Position numbers and translations under genes: made by a program. This document shows positions 9,318 to 19,354 of a stretch of DNA of 46,124 nt, in pieces. Origin of the DNA: an uncultured Pirellula sp. (GTDB lineage: Bacteria; Planctomycetota; Planctomycetia; Pirellulales; Pirellulaceae). Location of the stretch: the NCBI GenBank assembly GCA_903920425.1, contig CAIXME010000247.1:1-46124 (forward strand). The letters run 5' to 3'. Below the pieces are notes generated by a model, which was not told where the DNA came from, ran no database searches, and worked only from the letters and a program-made list of their open reading frames with translations. Every line of letters starts with the position of its first letter. The first letter of the stretch is position 1.

Positions 9318-9797
9318 TCAATTCCTCCAAACACAGGCAATCGACTGCCATGAACGCCCGCCAAGCAGAATGGGGACTTCGAACCTGCGCAGACACTTGA
9401 CGACCAATTCACCTTTGTGAATGTCGCCTAAAGAGGGTAACAGCCAAGCAAGACCTTCACGTTCAATGGCTGCTTTCTCTTCCGAAACGCTGGCGTGCAA
9501 AACAAGCTTCTGACACTGACACTTCCCACCATCCGTTAAGGCACTGCAAGAGCTTGCGTTTCCTGCTGAATTGTGCCTTAGAACTGAATGGGCAGACTCA
9601 ATCGCGATGCACTTGGGGCACTTGCCTGGCAATCTACTCCCGCGGACCGCATTTGTGTCACTCGCGACGCCGCTGCTATTAATGATCGCGGGACCACCAA
9701 AAAAAGCTCGGCTAACACAACAACACGAAACACCGCCAAAAATTTGGCTGGTCGCAACTGCGACAAGCAGAACAAATTGGAGCGGGATCGTTGACAT
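9318..9797 (-). CDS. Cys-rich leader-type protein L1 (hypothetical)
   Basis: Hydrophobic N-terminus, SCCC, CPKC, CQC; ends GRSWQSIACVWRN; first gene of the ECF/RND1 operon. Confidence 0.75.
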   Translation of the reverse strand: MSTIPLQFVLLVAVATSQIFGGVSCCCVSRAFFGGPAIINSSGVASDTNAVRGSRLPGKCPKCIAIESAHSVLRHNSAGNASSCSALTDGGKCQCQKLVLHASVSEEKAAIEREGLAWLLPSLGDIHKGELVVKCLRRFEVPILLGGRSWQSIACVWRN

Positions 9798-9844
9798 TGG
9801 TGTTTCTTGACTAAATTAACAGCGTGTTTTGCCTCAACTTCTGA

Positions 9845-9874
9845 TTGGATGCTACCACACTCTCGATCCTTCAC
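9845..9874 (-). promoter_or_regulatory. Putative ECF promoter GTGAAG-N16-GCATCCAA (autoregulatory position)
   Basis: Motif repeated 8 times in the window with an exact 16-nt spacer; this copy is 47 nt upstream of the L1 ATG. Confidence 0.8.
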
Positions 9875-9914
9875 GGCAGCCAGAAATTTTCACGCAATTT
9901 TTGAAATCACACAA

Positions 9915-11246
9915 CTAAAGCCCCATATTTTGAAGAAATCTTGAGACTTTCCATCGGGTCCGCCAAAATACGTCCTCCATCAAAAGGTGGGCGAACTCCC
10001 CATTTCTTCCTACACTCAACAATCCATTCACGCCGCTGCATTCCTCCCACGCCTTGCGTTTTGCTTCATACGCGACTTTGAAAATCGGGTAGGCCAAAGG
10101 TACTCGAACAACACGACTTCCGCACGATCTTTGTCGAATACCAGGAATCATTTTTTCTAAAGCGTTCAAGCAAAGTTCGGTCAAGCCGTCGTCGCTCATG
10201 GTCCAGTGCTCATCGCCAACTTTGCAACCAATATCGCAGGTGATTTGGGACTTCCCTTTTGGTACGAGCCACGGAAGTCCCATTCCAATGTCACTTAGGC
10301 GGAAGAATGGATAACTCCGCTCTGGGACCCACGTCACCACGTCAGTCAGCCCAGATGGCCCATCGAGCTTCAGATTCACAAAAATCATCGCTCGATACTC
10401 AAACTTTTCTAGTCCGTCCAAAGCATTCGTTCCGCGAATCATTCTTGGGAGGACATGAACTGGCGCGGTCGAGATTACCCCTGCCACCGGTAGAGACTCG
10501 CCGTTTACCACAATACTCTCTACTCTATCGTTCGAAACTCGGATTTGTTCAACCTTGCTGTTTAGCTTGATACTCCCTCGGACCAAGTCGGCCATACGTT
10601 GACATACCGTCGAAATGCCACCTCTTGGATAGACGTGCCACGAGTTTGTTGATTCGACGATGGTACTGGCATATCCGATTCCTATCACTCGCTTTGTCAT
10701 CTTTGCTGCAGTTCGAAGCATCATCATTCGGGCCAAACCAGTTGAAAACTTTTGACCTACCGCCGATGCGATTTCATCCCCGTCCGCGCCCGACCAAGCT
10801 TCGGTGAGGGGAATTGCGATCTCTTCGGCCAATCTCGATCCATATTGCGAAGAGTAGTATTGACGAGCAGTCGCGCCAGACGACGAAATCAACGACTTTG
10901 ATTTTGCGAACAACGCGCTTGTCAGATACTTGGGTGAAGTGAGCAGACCAAGGGGGTACGAATAGCAACGACCACGCAGGTGAACCGTTTCGCCATACCT
11001 TGCCATCGGCTGACAATCTTTAGACATGCCAATGGCCGCAGCTAGTCGATTGGTCAAGAAGTGAACGCCGCAGTCATAGGTATAGCCTTCATCGTCTCGT
11101 TCACTCTTCATCAAACCGGCTACTGCGTCTGAACTCTCAAAGAGCACGAACGGTACCCGATGATTCTTGAGATGAAGCGCAGCGGTAAGTCCAGCTATAC
11201 CACCACCAAGTATGGCGACCGGTCGAGATTCTATTGCATTGATCAC
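9915..11246 (-). CDS. FAD-dependent oxidoreductase (protoporphyrinogen/amine oxidase superfamily)
   Basis: GGGIAGL dinucleotide-binding motif, YTYDCGVH, C-terminal GRNGEF. Confidence 0.85.
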   Translation of the reverse strand: MINAIESRPVAILGGGIAGLTAALHLKNHRVPFVLFESSDAVAGLMKSERDDEGYTYDCGVHFLTNRLAAAIGMSKDCQPMARYGETVHLRGRCYSYPLGLLTSPKYLTSALFAKSKSLISSSGATARQYYSSQYGSRLAEEIAIPLTEAWSGADGDEIASAVGQKFSTGLARMMMLRTAAKMTKRVIGIGYASTIVESTNSWHVYPRGGISTVCQRMADLVRGSIKLNSKVEQIRVSNDRVESIVVNGESLPVAGVISTAPVHVLPRMIRGTNALDGLEKFEYRAMIFVNLKLDGPSGLTDVVTWVPERSYPFFRLSDIGMGLPWLVPKGKSQITCDIGCKVGDEHWTMSDDGLTELCLNALEKMIPGIRQRSCGSRVVRVPLAYPIFKVAYEAKRKAWEECSGVNGLLSVGRNGEFAHLLMEDVFWRTRWKVSRFLQNMGL

Positions 11247-12184
11247 TTAGATTTTTCCTTAACAAACACGCCATGCAGAATCGCCCCAATGCCGACCATG
11301 GATAACGGCAAGTCTATGGCAGTAAAGATTGCGAGCGCTAGAGGCGAGCTTAGCGATAGTCGATTCTTAAGCCAGCTTGGTCCCTTCCAGTCTTGTATCC
11401 AATTGCGAAATGAGTAGGTCCAGTTGACTGGGCTAAGTGCTGACTTCACAGATACGGTCTTTAGTCCAGCTCGATCGCAAAGCTGGCTTAGGTTTCGCCG
11501 GTTGAACAAGTACAAATGGCGAGGGAAGTGATAGCCTCCCCAATGCCTGTTTCCAAAGATACGAAAGTCTGGTGAGCCAGTGTTATCGGTGACGATCACT
11601 AGGCGACCTCCTGGTTTTAGCAATCCGGAGACAGCCTTGAGCATCGCAAGTGGGTCGCACACATGCTCAATTGTCATAATCATCAAGATTAAGTCGTAGG
11701 ATTCTTGCTTCAAGTTTAACTCTTCGATCGACCCTTGGTGAATGTCGATCCCACGTTTCCTCGCGCCAGATACCGCTCTCGAGTCACTATCGACTCCATC
11801 TACCTCCCACGTTGGTTTACCAAACTTGCGAAGCAGCTCAACATGGAAACCGTCACCGCATCCAATATCTAAGATGGCTGCCCCATCAGGTAAGCCACGG
11901 CACCATCGCAGTAGCCGTCGAGCTTCCAGTCGCTGCCGAACCCGATACACCAACCCAAACTCGGATTCGTCAAATTGGAAGGCGTGGTAATTCTCAGGGT
12001 AAGCCAGCCGAATACCGTCTGAATCTGGTCGAGGATTTAGATAGACGGTGTCACAGCGACGACATTGCACGGCCATGAACTCTTGGTCAGACGTCCCGTA
12101 TTCGAAATCTTCCCCTACGGCTACCGGATGACAATCGTCGACGCCACAAACATTACATAAAACATGCTCGAACTGGAAACCCAA
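11243..12184 (-). CDS. Class I SAM-dependent methyltransferase with an N-terminal Zn-ribbon
   Basis: CNVC...CRRC; ILDIGCGDG; IEHVCDP; PRHLYLF; 4-nt overlap with the oxidoreductase. Confidence 0.9.
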   Translation of the reverse strand: MGFQFEHVLCNVCGVDDCHPVAVGEDFEYGTSDQEFMAVQCRRCDTVYLNPRPDSDGIRLAYPENYHAFQFDESEFGLVYRVRQRLEARRLLRWCRGLPDGAAILDIGCGDGFHVELLRKFGKPTWEVDGVDSDSRAVSGARKRGIDIHQGSIEELNLKQESYDLILMIMTIEHVCDPLAMLKAVSGLLKPGGRLVIVTDNTGSPDFRIFGNRHWGGYHFPRHLYLFNRRNLSQLCDRAGLKTVSVKSALSPVNWTYSFRNWIQDWKGPSWLKNRLSLSSPLALAIFTAIDLPLSMVGIGAILHGVFVKEKSK

Positions 12185-12225
12185 GAATGCGACCCTCTAC
12201 GGCAAAAACTACAAACCTACGCTGT

Positions 12226-12255
12226 TAGGATGCCTCCAATGTGGTTTGCCTTCAA
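12226..12255 (-). promoter_or_regulatory. Putative ECF promoter TTGAAG-N16-GCATCCTA
   Basis: Same motif, 41 nt upstream of the methyltransferase; divergent from the copZ copy. Confidence 0.75.
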
Positions 12256-12279
12256 ACAAAAAACAAAAATTTTCTTCCG

Positions 12280-12309
12280 ACGAAGAATTACCCGCGCAGT
12301 GGCATCCAA
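12280..12309 (+). promoter_or_regulatory. Putative ECF promoter ACGAAG-N16-GCATCCAA
   Basis: Same motif, 60 nt upstream of copZ. Confidence 0.78.
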
Positions 12310-12369
12310 TCCAGGCATGCGATCCGTTAATCATTATTCCGGCCTCACCTACGAATTGGAGAATTAGTT

Positions 12370-12591
12370 ATGGAAAACCTTTCCAAAGAACGCGTTTTCA
12401 GCGTTACCGGCATGTCGTGCGGACATTGCCAACGAGCCGTCGAGGCCGCGATTGGCCAACTGGAAGGGGTTCAATCGGCTCGAGTTGACTTAAAAACTGG
12501 TCAAGCAAAAGTTATTGGCGACGTCGAGAGTCAGGCTGTCAGCGACGCAGTTAAAGAGGCTGGCTATGAGGCGAGGCCGATCGGTCCATAG
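12370..12591 (+). CDS. copZ: Copper chaperone (HMA domain)
   Basis: 73 aa, GMSCGHC, GGAG RBS, directly upstream of a Cu-ATPase. Confidence 0.93.
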   Translation: MENLSKERVFSVTGMSCGHCQRAVEAAIGQLEGVQSARVDLKTGQAKVIGDVESQAVSDAVKEAGYEARPIGP

Positions 12592-12624
12592 CAATCTATC
12601 AATTGCGCAACTAAGGAATCGCCA

Positions 12625-14886
12625 ATGAACGACAAAACCAACCCCTTAGAGATCGGAGTCGGCGGTATGACTTGTGCCGCCTGCGTTCGAAGAGTCGAAA
12701 ATGGACTTCGCAAGCTGCCGTCGGTGGTCGAAGCGTCAGTAAATCTGGCGACTGAGCGAGCGCGCGTTCAGTTCGTTCATTCGCCAATTGCAAGTGACGT
12801 GCAGGCGATTCGCGATGTGATTGCTAAGTTGGGATACGAAGCGATAGACCTCGATACGACGAAAACGTTGAGTGCTGACGAGCGTCGCAAATCTGAAACG
12901 AACCAGCTTTGGCGTTTGTTCATCGGTTCGGCTTGTTTTACTGTTCCGCTGGTTGTGCTTGCCATGGCACCCATGATGTCGGCTCGCGTCATGAACGCGC
13001 TAATGCAGGTGGCTTCCATGGAACGATGGAACTGGGTCATGCTTGCGCTGACTATCCCGGTTCAGTTCCTTTTCGGCGAACGATTTTTGCGTCTAGGCGC
13101 GAAGAGTCTCTTTTCCAGGTCGCCAGATATGAACGCGCTAGTATTACTGGGCACAATGTCGGCATTTCTTTTCAGCGCTTGTGTAACGATCATGCCTCAC
13201 TGGATTCCCGAAGCGTCGCGGCATGTTTACTTCGAAGCATCTGCCGTTGTCATTACTCTTGTATTGCTTGGCAAATATCTTGAAACCAAATCACGCCATC
13301 AAGCTTCGGATGCGATGAAAATGCTTTTAAATCTCGTTCCGAAGATGGCTACGGTTATTCGCGATGGCGTACCGCAATCCATTGCAGTGGAAGAGGTAGT
13401 TCTCAACGACATCGTCGAAGTTCTGCCTGGCTCAGCGATCGCTGTCGATGGCGAAGTTTTAAGCGGCTCGACCTACATCGATGAAAGCATGGTTACCGGC
13501 GAAAGCGTGCCTGTTGCAAAGGCGGTAGGTGATCAGGTAGTCGCTGGAACGATCAACGGCAATGGTAGCATCCAATTTCGTGCAACAGCAGTCGGGGCCG
13601 AAACGACGCTCGCGAAGATCGTCGCCTTTGTTGAATCGGCTCAAGCATCCAAGCCACGCATCCAAGGAATTGCCGACCGCGTCGTTGCGTACTTTGTTCC
13701 AGTGGTCTTGTTGATTGCCCTGAGCACTGCGCTAATATGGCTATTTGTGATGCCCAGTGGTTCGATAGACAAAGCTTTGGTGCATGCCGTTGCGGTCTTG
13801 ATTATCGCTTGCCCATGTGCGATGGGGCTTGCCGTTCCAACAAGCGTCATGGTTGGCACCGGAAGGGCGGCTCAGCAAGGCATCTTGTTTCGGTCAACCG
13901 ATGCGATTGAGTCGCTTAGCAAAGTCGATACAATTGCCTTTGACAAAACGGGAACGCTTACTGTTGGTAAACCGAAGCTTACATCGTTTCATGTCTTAGC
14001 ACCGTTTGAGAATACGCACCTGTTAGCACAACTTGCACTTGTCGAACAGCGCTCGGAGCATCCACTGGCCGTTGCCATCGTGAAAGCCGGTGAGGAAAGA
14101 CAGCTTCGCAGTTCACTCGATGTTGTCGAATTTAATGCCGTTGCCGGTTTGGGTGTCGTTGGTAGACTGTCCAACGGCGATCAATTGTTGATCGGATCGG
14201 CGGCGTTCATGCGAGAAAATGGTATCGAACCCTCGCGACTACAAAACCATGCGGATCAAGCAACACAGGAAGGAAATGGAGTTTTCTTCGCCGCGGTTAA
14301 TGGAAAACTTGCGTCGTTGATGATTGTCGCCGACCCAATCAAGTCTTCGACAAATTCAGCGATTTCGCAATTGAAGGCTAGCGGTTTCGATGTGGCACTC
14401 ATTTCAGGCGACAGCACCAAAACAGCATTAGCTGTCGCTAAGCGCTGCGGTATACCAGAACTCTCAGTCTACGCAGAGGTCCGCCCCAACGATAAAGCAG
14501 CAGTGGTCCAGTCGCTCAAGAGAGAAAGCCGACGCGTCGCATTTGTCGGGGATGGACTCAATGATGCGCCAGCTTTGACCGTTGCTGATGTCGGAATCGC
14601 AATGGGGACCGGGACGGACTTGGCAATCGAAAGCGCTGACGTAATAGCCATGTCGGGCGATCTAGAAAACATCCCTCACTCCATTGGGCTTTCACGAGCA
14701 GTAATGGCAAATATCCGTCAGAATCTTGCTTGGGCTTTTGGTTACAACATTCTGCTTATTCCGATCGCAACTGGACTCCTCGAGCCTTCTCTAGGATTAA
14801 GCCTCACGCCCGTCGTTGCTGGTCTTGCGATGAGCCTTTCGAGCTTCTTCGTGGTTTCGAACGCATTGCGACTGAGAATGGCTTAA
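12625..14886 (+). CDS. copA: Cu(I)-translocating P1B-1 ATPase
   Basis: GMTCAAC, TGES, CPC, DKTGT, SEHP, GDGLNDAP, YN in TM7, MSLSS in TM8. Confidence 0.96.
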   Translation: MNDKTNPLEIGVGGMTCAACVRRVENGLRKLPSVVEASVNLATERARVQFVHSPIASDVQAIRDVIAKLGYEAIDLDTTKTLSADERRKSETNQLWRLFIGSACFTVPLVVLAMAPMMSARVMNALMQVASMERWNWVMLALTIPVQFLFGERFLRLGAKSLFSRSPDMNALVLLGTMSAFLFSACVTIMPHWIPEASRHVYFEASAVVITLVLLGKYLETKSRHQASDAMKMLLNLVPKMATVIRDGVPQSIAVEEVVLNDIVEVLPGSAIAVDGEVLSGSTYIDESMVTGESVPVAKAVGDQVVAGTINGNGSIQFRATAVGAETTLAKIVAFVESAQASKPRIQGIADRVVAYFVPVVLLIALSTALIWLFVMPSGSIDKALVHAVAVLIIACPCAMGLAVPTSVMVGTGRAAQQGILFRSTDAIESLSKVDTIAFDKTGTLTVGKPKLTSFHVLAPFENTHLLAQLALVEQRSEHPLAVAIVKAGEERQLRSSLDVVEFNAVAGLGVVGRLSNGDQLLIGSAAFMRENGIEPSRLQNHADQATQEGNGVFFAAVNGKLASLMIVADPIKSSTNSAISQLKASGFDVALISGDSTKTALAVAKRCGIPELSVYAEVRPNDKAAVVQSLKRESRRVAFVGDGLNDAPALTVADVGIAMGTGTDLAIESADVIAMSGDLENIPHSIGLSRAVMANIRQNLAWAFGYNILLIPIATGLLEPSLGLSLTPVVAGLAMSLSSFFVVSNALRLRMA

Positions 14887-14895
14887 CGAGACTAG

Positions 14896-16023
14896 ATGAC
14901 TGCAGCAAAACATGACAATTCAGTATCGGGATTCGCTTGGTCACCCAACAAACACTGCCTTGCGTTGGACGGTGTTCGCGGATTTGCGATCTTGGCCGTT
15001 ACGATTTACCGCATTTGCAAAGAGCTCGCCCCCAACAGTCACCCCGTTGTCGCTTTTATACAGCGCATCACTTCCCCAGGTATGCGCGGCGTCGATCTTT
15101 TCTTTGTGCTGTCTGGTTTCTTGATCACAGGAATTTTGCTTTACTCCAAAGGAAGGCCAAACTACTTTCGCAATTTCATGGTGCGACGGGCACTGCGAAT
15201 CTTTCCTCTTTACTTTCTTAGCCTCTTCCTTGGTCTATGGATCATTCCATCGGTGTTCAGTACGCATGTCTTTGACATGCCGAGAGCCGAACAATTTTAC
15301 CTGTGGACGTACACTTCCAATATTCGGATGTCGTGGTTGAACGGCTGGTGCTTCGGACCTTTCGACCACTTTTGGTCACTCGCCGTTGAAGAGCACTTTT
15401 ATTTAGTATGGCCTGCGGTCGTACTTTTTCTATCGGTTCGCGGTCTGGCAGCGACCTGCATTGGAACGATTACCATCGTTGCAGTCGTGCGAACCTTTGC
15501 AGCGATGCATGCCAACTGGGACACGGCGGCCGATGTTTTGACGTTCTTCCGAGTCGACGCACTCGCGATGGGATCACTGCTTGCCATCGCACTGAACTCA
15601 AAGCTCTCACACGCTCGAATTCGCAGCATCGCTTGGATAGCGGCCTTGGTATTGTTCCCAGTGCTCATTGGAATTGCGGTGACTGGCAAACGTTTCCTTG
15701 GCCTTCCGAGTACCCTCTGCCCGCTCTTTTTCCTCGCAGCCATGGCAGTGCTTCTAACAAGCACGAACCGTTCGATATTGACGAAAACGTTTGCGAGTTT
15801 TCCTCTGCGATTCTTAGGAAAGTACAGCTACGGCATGTACGTCGTGCAGCTTCCGCTAGTCACGCTCGTACCGTTAGCCGCCTGTTTGCACCGGCTACCA
15901 TCGAATCCAATTGCTCAAAGTGCTGTCTACGTCGCATTCATGTTTGCCTTGATCACGTGTATTGCCGTGTTATCCTTCCATCTTCTTGAATCGCACTTCC
16001 TCCGACTTAAAAAGTACTTTTGA
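14896..16023 (+). CDS. Membrane acyltransferase family 3 (OafA-like)
   Basis: LDGVRGFA, GVDLFFVLSGFLIT, RRALRIFP, HFWSLAVEEHFY, LGKYSYGMY. Confidence 0.93.
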   Translation: MTAAKHDNSVSGFAWSPNKHCLALDGVRGFAILAVTIYRICKELAPNSHPVVAFIQRITSPGMRGVDLFFVLSGFLITGILLYSKGRPNYFRNFMVRRALRIFPLYFLSLFLGLWIIPSVFSTHVFDMPRAEQFYLWTYTSNIRMSWLNGWCFGPFDHFWSLAVEEHFYLVWPAVVLFLSVRGLAATCIGTITIVAVVRTFAAMHANWDTAADVLTFFRVDALAMGSLLAIALNSKLSHARIRSIAWIAALVLFPVLIGIAVTGKRFLGLPSTLCPLFFLAAMAVLLTSTNRSILTKTFASFPLRFLGKYSYGMYVVQLPLVTLVPLAACLHRLPSNPIAQSAVYVAFMFALITCIAVLSFHLLESHFLRLKKYF

Positions 16024-16060
16024 AAGGTGAGCACGGAATTATAACGAGTTGAGGATGCAC

Positions 16061-16930
16061 CTACCTATGTTTAGAATGCTCATCACCCGTCGCTTGATAG
16101 TCGACGACAAAAGGAATGGTGATGATCTCGTCGTCTCGCTGGAACTGCCCCCACAGCTTATAAATTCCTGGTTGTTGGAAGTGTGCGCCGAATGTAACGG
16201 TCCCGATGAGAGAGGCTTTTGCGTCGTCGATAGGATGAGCATGGACGTACTGATGCCCGTCGGCACTAACGATGACAAGATGCCCCATCGCACCCAGATA
16301 GGGTTGTAAGTCGCTTACCTGTGTATCATCTTCGTCGCGAATTTGGAACGTGACCTTTGCCTCGCTCTTCGCTGTATCCACCGTAACACGAGCCTTCAGG
16401 TTTTCGACGGTTATTTCGGGACTTTCATTCGGGATAAGTGGCATCGCCCGAATCACGTCCCCTGGTATCGTTAGCTGAGTTTTCGCAGTTGATGCCGATC
16501 CGCCCATAGGTTGATAGTCCACATACAAGAAGTAATTTCCAGGAACTGGGAACGTCAATTGAACTGTCATCTTGCCTCCGGCATCCACCGTTGGATGAAT
16601 GTGGCTAAATTGATCCAAACCCTCACGAATGGCGATCAAATGTACAAGCCTTTCATGCAGTGGAACCAAATCTGCGATAGGTCGATTCTCATGTTCTAAA
16701 TGGAATTGCAATGTTACTGGATTACCCGATTGAAGTTTGTCTGACGCATCGGCCAAAACAATCTTTGCAGCCTGCGATGTATGGCTTCCATGTTTGTCGA
16801 TTCCCCCGGATGGATGTGAATCGACAGGATGCGACGGTTCTTTGCAACCGATAACTACGAAAGCAAGAAGCAGAAACGATGACGCAAGTGCACACCGATA
16901 TAGTTGCAATCTGTTCAATGAATAATTCAT
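16061..16930 (-). CDS. Putative metal-binding lipoprotein with two His-motif Ig-like (YtkA/FixH-like) repeats
   Basis: Likely start 16930; lipobox VIGC; HERLVHLI...FSHIHP and YLGAMGHLVIV...YVHAHP repeats. Confidence 0.75.
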   Translation of the reverse strand: MNYSLNRLQLYRCALASSFLLLAFVVIGCKEPSHPVDSHPSGGIDKHGSHTSQAAKIVLADASDKLQSGNPVTLQFHLEHENRPIADLVPLHERLVHLIAIREGLDQFSHIHPTVDAGGKMTVQLTFPVPGNYFLYVDYQPMGGSASTAKTQLTIPGDVIRAMPLIPNESPEITVENLKARVTVDTAKSEAKVTFQIRDEDDTQVSDLQPYLGAMGHLVIVSADGHQYVHAHPIDDAKASLIGTVTFGAHFQQPGIYKLWGQFQRDDEIITIPFVVDYQATGDEHSKHR

Positions 16931-17096
16931 GATCTCATCTAGGTTATGCTTGTAGCAAAGGGGTTCGAGTCGAAAGTAGTGGCGGTGAAAGTCGCCTGCA
17001 ATACAGAAAGTTTGCTTCCTCCCCAAAGCAAACCTTTCTCTTTGTGCAATTCGAAAAATCACAGCCTGTAATCAGACTGAGCAAAAATACGTCAAA

Positions 17097-17495
17097 CTAG
17101 CGGTACTTGCGTGGATCGGTTTTCGAATACTGCCATTTCTCCATGCGTACATTCGACGAGTTCGAACGAGTCGACTGAGTAGGCTGATAAGAATAGCGTC
17201 GATACGACTGGGTAGCCGGAAGTTGGCGTGTGATTACCGGTTGCGATTCAAGCACTGTCCCTGCCACGGGTATGGTTAGGACGGAATTTATCGGCATCGC
17301 TTGCGCTGAAATCAGCGGCGTGGGCTCATACGAAAACCGCTGATAAGTAGTCGTCGACGAAGGCATATTCGCTGAGACGCCTACGCTACCGCTCGACCCA
17401 CAGCCGCGTGGGGTGGTTCCTTGTGCCGAGGCTGTGCCAGCTTGAAATGAGCTAATAGCCAACGCCACGCAGCCTGAAAGCAAAAACTTTTTCAT
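17097..17495 (-). CDS. Secreted hypothetical protein with a duplicated Y-x-R-[FY]-S-Y-x-P motif
   Basis: ATG 17495 with AGGAG RBS; signal peptide ending ASA; TYQRFSYEP and SYRRYSYQP. Confidence 0.75.
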   Translation of the reverse strand: MKKFLLSGCVALAISSFQAGTASAQGTTPRGCGSSGSVGVSANMPSSTTTYQRFSYEPTPLISAQAMPINSVLTIPVAGTVLESQPVITRQLPATQSYRRYSYQPTQSTRSNSSNVRMEKWQYSKTDPRKYR

Positions 17496-17584
17496 CTTCT
17501 TACTCCTGTCCTTAACGGACTTTGGAAAACAGCCTATTGCGAAATTTCGAACGAGCACATCCCTTTGTTCGCCGCCTCTGTCGA

Positions 17585-17614
17585 TTGGATGCAGTGGCAG
17601 AGCCTGTCCTTCAT
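17585..17614 (-). promoter_or_regulatory. Putative ECF promoter ATGAAG-N16-GCATCCAA
   Basis: Same motif, 89 nt upstream of ATG 17495. Confidence 0.78.
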
Positions 17615-17807
17615 GAATTAGTTGAGATCAACAGAGATTTTCGCCAAGCGTCGACACCTATGGCAATCCTTTCCGTAATCAGAATGGTGCTGGGTTTATA
17701 TGCAAGTCACGCTGGTTAATCAGGCAGGTAGTCGTAAAACATACGGCCTCACGAAAAATCCAATTCTTCTTAGTCTCTAGGCTCTCAGCACTTAGGAAGT
17801 CGGAGCT

Positions 17808-18734
17808 ATGGCCAGCTCCAACTACGGCACACTATTTGTCTTCGCCGAACTTACGTCGGTTACACGTTCAAATTCGTGCCAATGGAACCAGCTTATGTTT
17901 CGAATGCTTTTCGTCGTCCACCTCTTGTCGGTTCTCTTTCTTCAAACGTACGCAGCAGCACGAGCAGACGATCCATCAATCGAATGCGTTTCAGAATGGT
18001 TCGAAGTAAAGAGTTTTGCTGGCGGACCGTCACCAGATCGAGTTTTGGCGTTGTGCGAAGATACACGTTCTGAGTTGTTTCGCGTATGGGTTGAACGAAC
18101 CGACGCGGTTAGCTGGCAACCTCGTTGCAAAATAAATCTTCATCCAACGCGGGCACACTATCTCCGCAAAGTAGGGCTGGGAGCAGGCCAAACAAGTGGT
18201 TGCAGCTCCATCCAAATGCATGCGGGAAAAGTTGTCTTGCGTGAGATTGACTTGCTACTTGATCATGCAGGCGAGCTGACTGCCTTACCGCATGAATTGA
18301 CCCATGTCTTGCTTGCCGATTTGTTAAGGGGACGACAACCACATCACTGGTTGGATGAAGGGATTGCGATGCTTGCTGACACGGAGGCAAAGCAAAAACT
18401 TCATGTGCGCGACTGCCACGAGGCCATGCTTTCCGGCAACGCGATGACCACCTCGCAAATTCTCGCGCTTCAATCATTTTCATCACCGGATCAGATGCCT
18501 GCATTTTATGGTCAGAGCCTATTGCTCGTAAAAATGCTTGCCAATCAATCCAGCCCTGCAAGAATCATTCGGTTCGCAAATGACAGTCTTGATCATGGCA
18601 CTGAAGCCGCATTGAGATCACACTATAAAATCAACGGCGTTAACGAATTGGAACGAGCCGCAAGGACTTTTGCGTTCCAGCAAGTATCATCGCAAACGCC
18701 GTTGACCATCGTTTCGTTGCGGTTTAAACCGTAA
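17808..18734 (+). CDS. Secreted gluzincin/peptidase MA-like protein
   Basis: PHELTH (HExxH) plus downstream WLDEGIA; signal peptide after the alternative start 17895. Confidence 0.75.
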   Translation: MASSNYGTLFVFAELTSVTRSNSCQWNQLMFRMLFVVHLLSVLFLQTYAAARADDPSIECVSEWFEVKSFAGGPSPDRVLALCEDTRSELFRVWVERTDAVSWQPRCKINLHPTRAHYLRKVGLGAGQTSGCSSIQMHAGKVVLREIDLLLDHAGELTALPHELTHVLLADLLRGRQPHHWLDEGIAMLADTEAKQKLHVRDCHEAMLSGNAMTTSQILALQSFSSPDQMPAFYGQSLLLVKMLANQSSPARIIRFANDSLDHGTEAALRSHYKINGVNELERAARTFAFQQVSSQTPLTIVSLRFKP

Positions 18735-18787
18735 GTTGATCCTTGAACGGACTCCAGTTCATTGCAGTATCCATAGTAAAATTACAA

Positions 18788-19213
18788 TTACTTGGAATCG
18801 TGCTTCGACATTTCCATACACATCTTGGCGCATTCGCGGCATGACTTCGCGCAAGCAGCCATGTGTTCGTCATTAGGAAACTTCTCGCAAGCTACCGCGC
18901 ATTCCTCACAGCTTTTTGCGCAACATTCAAGCATTTGCTTGAAGATCGGGCTGTTTCTTGCACAAAGCGTCGAGCATGTGCTGCAGACCTCGCCGCAGTC
19001 GACACACAATTGGGCAGTTGCCTTATGCTCGGCCTTGCCGCTTGCAACCAGATCCAGGCAATGCTGGAAGCAGCTATCGCATTCAATCTGACAAGCATTA
19101 CAAACTTCAGCACACTTTTTCATCATCGTATCTCCGTGGTCATCAGCAATAGCAGAAAGTGGTACAAACGCGGTCAATGCAACCAAGGCAAACAGGAACG
19201 ATAGTCGGGACAT
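18788..19213 (-). CDS. Four-helix-bundle copper storage protein (Csp/DUF326 family) with a signal peptide
   Basis: Repeated CxxxCxxC helices, 20 Cys; ATG 19213 with AAGGAG RBS; signal ends AIA. Confidence 0.9.
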   Translation of the reverse strand: MSRLSFLFALVALTAFVPLSAIADDHGDTMMKKCAEVCNACQIECDSCFQHCLDLVASGKAEHKATAQLCVDCGEVCSTCSTLCARNSPIFKQMLECCAKSCEECAVACEKFPNDEHMAACAKSCRECAKMCMEMSKHDSK

Positions 19214-19354
19214 AATATGGGCTCCTTGGGGAGTAATGGGTCTGTTCTGAACCACTCAGAACCATGCAGGGTCGAGGGCAGGTTCTGTTCCGAAAACATC
19301 AGTTTTCCTTGAGAAACGTATGGTTTGCGAACTTTGCAAAAAATTCAGTTTTTC

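Noticed and set aside
9915-11246. Naming the gene hemY/hemG or glf
   Set aside because: Only superfamily-level motifs are visible and there is no haem or galactofuranose pathway context.
17751-17780. Ninth strong ECF motif (ACGAAA-N16-GTCTCTAG) before the peptidase gene
   Set aside because: It mismatches both invariant cores (GAAG and GCATC).
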